Below are positions 1 through 10,780 of a DNA stretch of 20,805 nt, piece after piece. Source of the DNA: Geosiphon pyriformis uo1 (taxonomy: Eukaryota; Fungi; Glomeromycota); assembly GCA_016748015.1 (NCBI GenBank), contig JAAOMT010000109.1:1-20805 (forward strand), read 5' to 3'. The first letter of the stretch is position 1. Every line of letters begins with the position of its first letter. The translations under genes and the position numbers were made by a program. The notes beneath the pieces were generated by a model. It was given only the letters and a program-made list of their open reading frames with translations. It was not told the origin of the DNA and searched no databases.

Positions 1-1494
1 TTATTATTAAAAAAAATTTTCTATAAATTAGTTTTATATTATTTAATATTTAATAAATTATATTTTTACAATAATTAATTCTAAAGTTAATATTTTAATA
101 ATTATTTTAAGTTTAAATTTATTGTTTAAAAATATAAATTAAACCTATTAACTTTTAATATTATATTAACAAGAAACAATATGTACTTAATTAATTCAAA
201 TTTTAATTATATTTTTTGTAATTAAAAATTTTTTTAATTATAAAATATTATAAATTACTTAAAATATAATAAAAAATTAAACTCAAATTTTATAACATTT
301 AAAATTAATATTTTAAATTAATTAACTACTAATTTCAATAGTTTATTTAGTTTTTTACTTAATTTTAAACAGAATTTATGCAACAAATTATTTTTAATTA
401 TTATCAAAATTATTTTTTTTATTTTTTTAATTTATAATAAATTATTAGAATCTTATAATAAAAAATACTGTAGAAAATTTGATTTTTATAGCAAAATAAT
501 TACATAATTTATTAAAAAAGCCTGTAATAGAAAGATTTTTACAACAAAATTAACTTTTAATACAAAGTAATTACAAAAAATAATTGGTATAAAATTAATC
601 TATATCATAAGTTTAACAACATAAATAGTTTTTAAAATATAAAAAATACTTTAAAAAAAATTTATTAATTTATTAAAAGTTTTATTATTAATTTATTAAC
701 AAAATAACAACAACAAAAAAAGTAAAAAAAATTATTAGTAATAATATAATATTATATTAGTTTAATTAAAATTAAAATTAGATTATATAGTTAGTTATAT
801 TTGTGTATTTATATAATTTGAATTATTAATTAAAATATAAATAATTGATAATTTCATGAAATAATAATAAAATATAATTTAATTAATATATAATAGTAAA
901 TAATAAGAATTATAAAATTAATTTTATGTTAATTTTTATTTATTTTTTAGTTAGTAATAATATGTTGCAAATAGATTAATTTAGCAATTCTCTATATTAA
1001 TTAATATTTTTATTTAAATATAAAAAATTTAAAATATCTTATATAATTTAACAAAATCTTTTTTAAACAACTTATTTTTAAAAAATACAAAATTTTTTTA
1101 TAATTCTTTTTATATAAATAATTTTATATTTTAATTTTATTATGTTTAAATTTTTTATAATTTTTTATTTAAGCTTAATTTTTATTTATTAATTAAAAAT
1201 TAACTTAATTATAATAAATAATATATATATAAACAAAATTTCTATTTTTATTAAACAAAAAGTCAAAGACTAACATATTTTTTTAAACATTCTATATTTT
1301 ATTAATTCTAAATTTAGCCAGTTTTTTTACTTTTATCAAAATATTTTAATAATAAAATAAGACTACTTATTAATTAAAAATACAAAAAAGTTTTATTTGT
1401 TTATATTTTATTTTTATTAATAATATTGTAATACTTTAAAGCTATATATATATATATTAATAAATAAAAATCAAGTTACTAAATATATTATTTA

Positions 1495-3555
1495 TAGTTA
1501 AAATAATTTATAAGTGTTAAAGTGTTGTATTTGCTCTTAATATTTATTTTTAATTTACTTATAAAGTTTTTATTATTATTAAAAAACACTATATTAAGTT
1601 TTTTTTATAATTTACTTAATTAATACTATTTAAAAAATATATATAGATATTATTTTTATCATATATACTATTATTTTAGTCTGTTAACAAGCTGTTGAAT
1701 TTTTTATTTATTTTATTTCTATATTTAAAATTAATAAAAACACTATTTATAATCTTAAGAATTATTTAAATTATAAATAATATTTAACAAATAAATATTA
1801 TAATATATAAAATCTTTTTCATAAAGTGTTTTTAGTTTAGTTAGCAAACTACATATTATTACTTATATTGTTTTTTTATTTTTCAATAAGTGTTTAAAAC
1901 TATATGTCTTTAATTTTACTGTATATTTTTTTAGACTTTTTTAATTAGCTTTAAAGAATGGTATTTTAAAAATCTAAATAAATCTATAATAATTTTTGGC
2001 AAGCTTATATATGACTTTTAATATATTAATACATTTGCAATTTTTTTTAAGCAATAAAATTTATTCTCTTAAAGAATTTTTTTAATATAAATTTTAAAAA
2101 AAATAATTGTAAAATATTCAAGTTTTAGTGACTTACCAAAAAAAATTATTTTAGTAAATAAACATTTTTTGTAATTATAATTTTAGAAATATAAACAATA
2201 TTAATGCATATTTTAACAGCTGTATATTGAACTTTAAGATTATACAAATAAAATTTTATGGACAGTAAAACCAATATCTTGCTAAAATTATTTATTATAT
2301 AAAAACACATGATGTTTTTTATTATAATAAAACAAATAAAAAATTAAATATTTTCGAAATAAAATAGATTAAGCTTATTAAACTTAAATATAAGCTTTTT
2401 TTTGGCAGTATCAAGATTAATTTATGTAGTTTTTTCTTTATTTTTTATTATTACTATATTTTTAATATATTTAAGAAGATTAAATTCAATATTTTTTATT
2501 ATTATTAAAGTGTTTTTTGATTTTGTTGTATATATTCTTAAAAAACAAAGTATAAAATTAATATTAAATATAAAAACAATAATTAATAAACACCAAAAAT
2601 AGCATATAAAATAAAAATACATTTCTTAGTCATATTATAAGAAAATTTAATTTAAAAATTAAAGTTACTGCAAAATAATTCTAAAAAACATATAATTAGC
2701 TCTATTTTGGTTTTAATTTGGATAAATTTTATTTTAAAAAGAATATTTTTGACTATTAATACTAATTTATTCTTTTTATCTATTTTATTAAAATAAATAA
2801 AATTACCAAGTTGTACAAACTGACAGTTATCAAAATAAAATAATATTATTAATTATAAAAAGAATAAATAACTAATATAAAAATCAAATTTTTTTTTTAA
2901 GTTTAAGTAATTAATTATAAAAAATTTTACAAAAAAAGATATATTAATATAGTTTACTAATTGATTAACATGAATTGACAAAGTATTAAATAATTGAATA
3001 AAATTTTTATATAAAAATTTAGTCTTATTAAACTCAATTATTTAAATTGTTAAAAACTAAAAAATTATTAATATTAATATATAAATTTGTATTAAAATAT
3101 ACAATATTATTATGTATTTTTTTGAAGAATATTTAAATTTTACAATTAAAATAATATTTAAAAATATTCAAATTACAAGTATAATATATATAAGTTAATT
3201 ATTATTCAAAATTATAAACTTTGTTCTCAATATTTAAGTTACAAGTTATAAAATCATTATTTATTAATATATCTTATAATTTTTGTATTTGTATTTTCTA
3301 CTTGTCTTTTTTTATTTTTAACTTTTTTTTTTATTTTTTCAAATATTTTTTTTCTATCTACTTGTTGTTTTGTTTTTTATTTATATTTTTTTTTAACTCT
3401 TTTAATTTAACTCTTTTTTTCTTTTTAAATTTTTTTAGCTTTTTTATATATCTTTTATAATAAATTATAGAAATTTTTAATTAATATTTAATTTTTTAAC
3501 TCTAGTCATAAGATTTTACATATTTTTTATAATTTAAGAAGATATAATTTAACAT
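1495..3555 (-). pseudogene. Hypermutated relic of a coiled-coil / PD-(D/E)xK nuclease / protein kinase gene (Crinkler/Spok-like)
   Basis: Manual minus-strand translation. An ATG at 3555 is in frame with FKKKKRVKLKELKKN...KLKIKKDK*KIQIQKL*DILI, which aligns codon by codon, largely via C>T/G>A, with intact FEKEDELRELKKN...ELKTSKDRWELQMQKLQNTLM at 18188-18440. Intron at 3242-3057. Nuclease relic FNLL (PDLL, 2484-2473) and KNKEK (KGEEK, 2445-2431), followed by KFNKLNLFYFENI*FFICF. Kinase relic LKTLYEKDFIYYNIYLLNI (~LH..GFVHRDIRLPNI; HRD position 1805-1797), INFKY (IDFEH, 1735-1721) and a C-terminal L*HL*I (~LQHPWI, ~1505-1525). Ends are approximate. Confidence 0.8.
3057..3242 (-). other. Relic spliceosomal intron (phase 1) of the left pseudogene
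   Basis: Minus strand begins GTAACTTAAATATTGAGAA (cf. GTAACTCGGGCGTTGGGAA at 18441) and ends ...ATAATTTTTTAG|TT (cf. ...TTACTTTTCTAG|TT at 18582). Position and phase match the intact paralog. Confidence 0.75.
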
Positions 3556-3604
3556 ATTTTTAGTTTGTATTAATAATATTTTAGATTTTTAATTAATAAT
3601 TATA

Positions 3605-3840
3605 GTTTTATATATTTTAATATAAAATTGTTTTTATTTTATTGTTTTAAAATAAAAATAATTATAAATTTTAAAATTAGAAAAAATTAAACCAATATTA
3701 AATATATTTTTATTAATATTTTATATATATATATGTAATTTTATATTAATTTTAAACTTATTAAATAAAAATTTATAAAAAAACAAATTTAATAATATTA
3801 TTTATATAAATTAAAAAAACTATTTATTTTTATTTTATTT
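3605..3840 (-). promoter_or_regulatory. Upstream/promoter region of the left pseudogene, homologous (inverted) to 17808-18020
   Basis: rc(3803-3840) vs 17808-17845 is 37/38 identical; rc(3645-3691) vs 17934-17980 is 42/47; rc(3605-3623) vs 18002-18020 is 19/19 (ATATTAAAATATATAAAAC, TATA-like). All six mismatches are C (right) vs T (left). Promoter function is inferred from position only. Confidence 0.65.
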
Positions 3841-3972
3841 TATTTTTTATTAAAATTTAACGAGTGGAATCCAAACACCACCTAGTGCTATATATCATAT
3901 AAATAATCTAAACTAGGTGTGAATCATGTCTTTGCTACATGTGACCAAACACTTAGACTAGTCAGAACAATA

Positions 3973-6900
3973 CTATGTACTTATATGAACTGAAGTCATG
4001 TTACCAACATCTGCATAAAACAAACAACACTTACAATACCCAAAACTAATGCCAAGTGTATCAGCAACACCTAACAATCTAATCACCCCAGCCAAAAGCT
4101 GCACAGAAAAACCAGAAACAGCAACAGGAATAGAACCATCACATGGAATCAACTTATTCTTCTCCATAATAACCCGGTGTTTCACACGGACCAGCCAGAT
4201 ATTATTATGAAATGCAAGACAAAACTTCTGTACAAAATTCACAACATTGACTACTGCCACCTTAGAATCCTTGTAAACAAAAACAGACTTGCAATACCAA
4301 TTGCTGAAAACAAAATCTTTACACAGGGCTGTACTGACAGTCACATCTGAAATACAAGTCGACAACAACTATGATATGCACAAAGAAGAACGAGACAGAC
4401 CAGAACACACCTCCCAGACAGCTGCATAAGTATCCAACAAATTGGCATGACTATCAGTATCAGAAGAGCAAGAAAAAACATGGTCTAAGACTTCAACCTC
4501 ACCACAGAACAAACAAACTACACTGGGATAACCCCTATTATATAGACACTTTCACACAGCAACAAGAAGGCAATGATGAAGGGCTTTCATGAAATATGTA
4601 TGAAAGCCAGCCATCTGAATACTAGTAAAACCAGTTGCCATGTGGGAATCCAGGTGCCACACCAGAGAGGATCTCAACCAGTCAATATCAGCATGCAAAC
4701 AATCTGGAACAACCTGGGAACCAGAACCAATCTTCCAATGTGCATGATAGATTGACCTGAATATGTCATGAACAAAATGCCTCGAATTACCAAAAATTGT
4801 ATCAACACCAGCCTTCAAAAACCTCTCACTGACCAAATGGAACAGGTGCCAGGCAGAAAGGGCAGCATTTTTAGCCAATGTATCAGCATGCTTATTGCTT
4901 GAGACACCCGAATGACCCTTAACCTTAATCCAATTAACATCCAAATTTTTGTGATGAATGATATTGGCAATGTGACAATGCTCAATCCAACAACAATTCC
5001 TGAAATTAGGGCCAACTGATAAAGACTCCAACCTGCAAGCATTGATAGCCACCTGGCTGTCCGAAAACAAGTCAACCGAATGAAAAGAAGGAACACACTT
5101 AAGAGCTAAAGCAATGGCCTGCAACTCTGCCAAAGTAGAAGAAACCAAACCAAAAACCCCCACACCCAGACCCAAATCAATATCCTTAAAGAAAACTACA
5201 GCATCAGCCAACATGTTAACAATGCCTAAGTTACTCAGAGACCCATCTGTGTACACAGAGAGGCAAGCGGCACTTACACTCAACAGATCATTACAAATAA
5301 CACCAAAACCAAGAGACTGACAGATGTCAGAAGAACCACCAACATCTTCATGAGAGGAACGACCAAAATAAGAAGCTACATCACCAAGAAAACATATAGA
5401 GAGATCAAATCAAGAGGGAACCAGACCATGGGAGTCCAGTTTTTTCCAATGCTTGAAAGTTTTCCAATCAAAAACAATGCATTCCAGTCACAAAGCTGTT
5501 TTATGAAAGCAATACCATAACGCCTGAGGGAGAAGACACATTTAAAGAAAATTGTCTCACCAAGTACTAGAGACATAGGAGTACTGCTCTGAAGACGAAA
5601 AGCACCGGCCAGAAAGCCACCCAAAGACAAATCACACCCAGAAAAAATACAAACCACACTTACCAAAAAGTTGTTTGAAGGGCTAATTCTAACACAAACA
5701 GAAAACAACAAAGAGTAACGAGGACACCAGTTGAGAACCTGGAGATCATGAGACTTATAAGAAAACAAGTGATTCAAAATACCAACCGAATTCACAAAAG
5801 CAATAACAGAAGCCAACTTGCTTTCAGCCTGAATTTGCTCAAAAGTCTTAAAATTGTACAAGGAAAGATGATGAAGTGCATCATTGGGAAAGTTCAAAGG
5901 CAGCCCAGATTTGGATTTCAGGCTCTCATGAATCAAAGCGTCCCATTTATTATACACACTGAGAGGAATAAAACTGAACTGAGTTCTGTAGCTGACAATA
6001 GGAAAGAGAACTAAAGACACCAAATAAGCAAACTGTTTATCTGAAATAACTTTTTTCAGAATGAGATTGACAAAAAACCGAACATCCAAATGCGCTTTAA
6101 CCAAGCTAGGCTTCGAAAGACCATCAGAAGATAAAAAAATACCCAGATAACGATGAGGTTCACCTTTTTTAGCAATGAAAATTGGCATACCACTGATAGT
6201 TAGGTAAGGAGCAGTGACCTGACAGTTGATAGGAATGGTCACAGTCTTGTCATTGTTTATCGAAATGTTATTTAAATGAAAGAACTTACTAGCAACATTG
6301 AGGATATGTTGTGTAGCAGCTTGGCTGCTACCAACCCAGATAGTATTATCAACAAAAGCACCAGCAGCCAGAAATGATGTCAGTCCAGCTTAAGATTCTA
6401 CCTGGCCAGTCTTAGAAACGAAATGAGAAATCAATCTGTAACCACAAATGTTCTTTTGTCTCTTAACCTCACACAAAAGCAAGTTATAAAATATGCACCA
6501 GAGAAGTGGTGAAAAAACCTCCCCCTGATCCAATTTATCATAAACATGATATTCATTAGTCAAACCAAAATCTGTCATTACTCTGTTAGTGTGACTCTTA
6601 TGAATGCTACCAAAAAATCTGATAAATTTGTCACACATTTTGATCTTGATCAAACTCCTCTTGAGATACTTCCAACCAACAGAATTATAAGCTTTGTGCA
6701 TATTCTGTAAAACCAGTCACAATTCTCAGTTCTTTTCCAAAGCATCTTCGATCACTGAACCAATAGCGAAGATAGACGATTGAGTAAACGTACCTTTCAG
6801 GACAAAGAAATTGTCCTTGTGGAAAACATCAAAAGTGCTACAAGCCAGAGAAATCTGATCTAAAAGAATCTTAAAAAAGACCTTGTGAGCTGTTTCAATC

Positions 6901-8658
6901 AAAGCAATAGGGTGGGTATTTGTAAGAACTCTCTCCTACTCATAAGATTTAGGAATTATTGAGACCCAGGCTTTCCTCCAAGGTTTAAGCATTGACTCAC
7001 AACCCAAACAAAAATTTAAGAACACCAAAAGCATATCTAAGACTGATCTGTCACAGTGTTTTCAAAATTCATTAGGGGTACCAGAAAGACCAGCCGCTTT
7101 CCCATTGGGCAAATTTGAAATAACACCAAACATCTCATCAAAACTGATTAAATGTATTATATCAGAGAAGACACCATTAAAGACATGATCCAAAAGCAGA
7201 AATTGTCTTGCCCAATCACCAGAGATATCAAAAACCACCACATGTTTCTTAGTCCAACCCTCCATGATTCTATCCATCTTAGATTTAACTAACTCAGGCT
7301 CCAGGACTAACTCCCCACCATCCACCAAATGATCCAACACCACTTTATGAAAAAGACGCTCTAAAACATTTCTAATAGTGTGACTCTTATCTACCTCAAA
7401 ACTCTCCATTCTTTTCTCAATAGCCTGTCTCACACTAGATTCTTCAGCATGCTTAGATTCCAACAACTTAGAAGAGTGGTAAGACTTCCTCACCTTAGCT
7501 AGCCCAGAATGGATCACATCAAAACCAGCACCAGAAAAAAACAGAGATCTCACTGGTGAAGCATCCACAGAATCAAGCCTGTTTCAAGTATTTAACAACA
7601 AGACGAAATCTTCACCAGAAACCAACCGAGAAGCCTTTACCAGTTTAGACACAAGTAGCTCCAGTTTATGAAACCAGGAAGATATCTTATTAAAAACACA
7701 ATCAAAACTCCTAAACCATTTTTTCTTGAACGTTCCACCAGCCAAAAAAACCATAATCTTATGAACAATGTCCCACATTGCATCCAGATCAGAAAACTGC
7801 TTAGCCATAACAAACTCATCCGAGAACATAACAGCATTAACAGTCATAGCATTCCTGAATTCTGACCACTTAATCTTACTGGTATTTTTGATATTATACT
7901 TCTAACAATCTCTATTAGCTTGTTTGTGCAGTGAATTCAGCTGGACATCAAGCAGGCCACCCAGTCCCACAGAAACATAAACAGCCTTGTGATTGGTATC
8001 AAAATATTTCTCAATGCCATCTACACCATGATTTATCACTGTACCAACCAAATTAGAAGAAACAAACATGTAGTCAATTGTCTTAGTAATACCATGAGAA
8101 TTGCACCAAGTAGGTGACTTTACAAAAGAACTCCCCCCTAGAGAGTTAATCAAACCCAAATCAAAACACTTTTTGAAACTGGCACATTTGTGCAAACTAT
8201 CTTCTAAAATCACCACCAAGAATAACAAAAAAAGACTCATTAACGGCTTTAGCAATAAAAGAGTTGATCTTACCAGCCTGAAAAAACTGAGCCACTAATG
8301 AAGCACTAGCATAAAGCCCCAAAATAGACACTGAAAGTTTATTTTTGAAAAGCAACTTGATGGATAGGAGCCAATCAGGCACCTTAGAGATCTTGCAAAT
8401 GTGCTTTGCTAAAGAAGAATTCACGATGATCAACATTCCAGCACCCAAAGAACCAGAATCTAAATCAGAGGTAAAAACCCGAACACCATCAAATTTGTCA
8501 GCCAACCATGAGCAAACTTTCCCTTTAAGCTTTGACTCCGTGAAAATAGAAACCAAATTGTCCATATTTTTGTGCCAATGAATGACATTATCTTGCTTTG
8601 CAGGATTGTTCAACTCATGAACATTACACATAGCAATTTTCTATACCAGACCACTCAT
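3973..8658 (-). pseudogene. LINE-A ORF2 polyprotein: AP endonuclease, reverse transcriptase, RNase H, C-terminal CCHC
   Basis: APE motifs: CNVHEL (NVRG), FTESKL, GAGM, LGGDF, PTW, IDYMF, DTNHKAV. RT motifs: KAAGLSG, IIPK, HPIAL, QNMHKAYNSV, QGEVFSPLL, AFVDN (6356-6345). RNase H motifs: YTDGS, AELQAI, SDSQ, KVKGHSG, ADTLAK. C-LF-C-x7-H-x3-C at 4515-4468. Frameshifts near 8205 and 5481, plus multiple in-frame stops. Confidence 0.93.
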
Positions 8659-10455
8659 TGAGAAAAAGGCAGAGGAAGAGCACCACCTGCCAAAGCCAAA
8701 CTATCCAAGTGCATTGATAGGCTTATGACTGAAGCAGAGAAACCTTCCAACATGTTTTCCAATTTCACAACCTCAGGTGAGACAGTTGAACCAAGAACGG
8801 CAGCAGTTTTGTTATTAGTGGCATCATCCGAACCCACTCCTATCACTATATCCTCCCCTTGATTCTGTGATGAGGGAGTCATCAGCAGCTGACATCCAGA
8901 GCTAGGCTGGGAAACTGCCGGCACAAATGAATCCAATCTCTTAGCCAACTCACCAATTTGTCCCGCGAGGCTGACAAGACTGTTTTCAATATTCTTCAAA
9001 CAGTCTTCCAATTCACTATTAACAGTCGGAAGAGGTTTACCATAAGATATGGAACCAGATTGAGCTGAACCACCAAAAGACACTATCAGGAGTGGTTTAC
9101 CAACCATGGAGGCCCAAGTTTTTCTACTAAAAGCCAAAAGATGAGAAACAGTGGCAGATTTTTTTTCATATATCTTTGCCAGACAGAACTGATTCTGAGC
9201 TGAAAAAAAAGTTCTCTTGCTTTTAAGACTTGAGGACACATCAGCAGTATGGCAAGTGAGAGAAGTATAACTGGAAGTTTTGCAAATTGAGCACAGTGCA
9301 GCAGTTAAACGAGATTATCGGAGACCAACACTTTTTATAACAGGAGTGTTTGCCATTGCCTAAATAAGGCTACCCTCAGAATCGAAGTACACAGTGGCAC
9401 AGTATGCCCAAACATAACTAACAGAACTGCATTCAATAACACATGTTTTCCTACCAACTGAACTAATGAAGTCCTAAAGATCATGAACATTAGTGCTCAT
9501 GAAAAGAGTGTAAAGCAAAGCCCTAAACTCATTTCTGGCATCTCACATTTGTTTGTCAATATCAGCCCAGGCCATATGCATCACATCTTTCCCAATAAGG
9601 ATGGACCACTCAGCTGCCAAAAGATCAGCCTGAATTTGATCCTCCAATTCGACAATCGCCTTTTGCCATAGACCCACCAACTGCATCTTGATTGACTTAA
9701 TAAACTCAAATTCAGAAATGGCTGCATGTACTGCTTCAATGGAAGTTTCCACAGGAATTTTTTTCAACACAATTGCCCAATTCGTATGATTGTTAATGGG
9801 GCACTTAAGATCAGTGTTTACCACAACACTATGATCATTTGTTAACTGTGCAGCTGCCATCATTGCCTTTTCAGAAGTGAAAGATGCCCGGATGATTCCA
9901 CCAAATTTTGAGGGGGTAGAGGCCCCCTCCAAAACCATTTACACCTAAAAAAATTTTTCTGACAAAATTGACTTTTTTCTGAGAGGATTTTCCAGCCACC
10001 ACTACTAGATCAATATCTAAAGCAAAGAATTTGCGAACAGACACTTGAACAGATGGCTTGACCAGAAGAGGAGGTGGGAGAAGAAGAGAATCATCCAACA
10101 CATCATCTTCTGTATCGACAGTATTATAATCAATCACACCCAATGGCTTCCTTAATACTTTCTTGGTCTTCACACGCAAACCCTTTGGTGTTTGATCAGG
10201 ATTTCCTCCCATAAAAGTACTATTATCATCATAGTCTACACTGGTTTCTTCAACCAAGCATTTTTCCTCCATGTCAATACTTTCAGATTCCATAGTGTTA
10301 CCAGTTTCAGAATCCCATAAACGAGCACCAAGAGCTTTGGCAGCAACTCCTTTATTATCAATACTCTTTTCCAACACACCTTCCTTCCTCTTTTTCCTTG
10401 ATGCAACAGTCTTGAAACCACCCTTAGAACCAGAAGCTTTAATGGTCTTCTTCAT
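8655..10455 (-). pseudogene. LINE-A ORF1 (gag-like nucleic-acid-binding protein; RRM-like domains, zinc knuckle, coiled coil)
   Basis: Joins ORFs 9871-10455, 9543-9938 and 8655-9239, with an extra G in a G-run near 9925 and several in-frame stops. RRM-like segments: AIVLKKIPVETSIEAVHAAISEF..IKSIKMQL..WQKAIVEL and RALLYTL...TNAHDL. Degenerate CCHC knuckle C-SI-C-KTSS-Y(H)-TSLT-C at 9293-9252. Heptad stretch LKNIENSLVSLAGQIGELAKRLDS. Confidence 0.85.
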
Positions 10456-10523
10456 AACAGCAATAACAGAGCCAACAGTGGCCTCGTAATTGAAGAATGA
10501 TTTTGATTTATCGTACTGAATGG

Positions 10524-10597
10524 TAAAAAACTTCTTTCAAAAAAACTATAGACTCTTTTTTGGGATTTTTGAACAAAGGAGAGAAAGAAGTTTTTTA
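10524..10597. repeat. 15-bp perfect inverted repeat (stem-loop) in the LINE-A 5' UTR
   Basis: TAAAAAACTTCTTTC (10524-10538) pairs with GAAAGAAGTTTTTTA (10583-10597), with a 44-nt loop. Confidence 0.85.
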
Positions 10598-10780
10598 GAC
10601 AATACAATCACTTTTTTAATGAATATTTAATAACTTTTATATATTTTTTACAAAATTATTAAAAAACTTCTTTCTTTTCTATGTTTTAAATTCTCCAAAG
10701 AACATAATTTTATAAAAAAAGTTTTTTGTTTTTTTTGTTATTTATTTATTAATATTTCTTAATTCAATAATTTTTTTATT

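Larger units (their letters stand above)
3851..10611 (-). mobile_element. LINE-A: full-length, inactivated non-LTR retrotransposon (ORF1 + APE-RT-RNase H-CCHC ORF2)
   Basis: Collinear ORF1 and ORF2 fragments on the minus strand, a short 3' UTR running into an A-rich tract (~3822-3860), and a 5' UTR with a hairpin. The flanks rejoin to match the paralogous empty site at 17787-17845. Confidence 0.95.

Noticed and set aside
2402-3460. Plus-strand F/I/L-rich ORFs 2402-2602 and 3221-3460 resembling small membrane proteins
   Set aside because: They are antisense shadows of the eroded minus-strand gene, and their composition is an AT-bias artefact.
4371-10489. Short plus-strand ORFs within LINE-A and alternative-frame minus ORFs (for example 4815-5096, 7637-7837, 10236-10421)
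   Set aside because: Antisense or off-frame to the LINE ORFs, with no independent motifs.
3822-10620. Target-site duplication for LINE-A
   Set aside because: Only a short degenerate A-rich match (ATTAAAAAA vs AATAAAATA) is present, which cannot be distinguished from background or tail.
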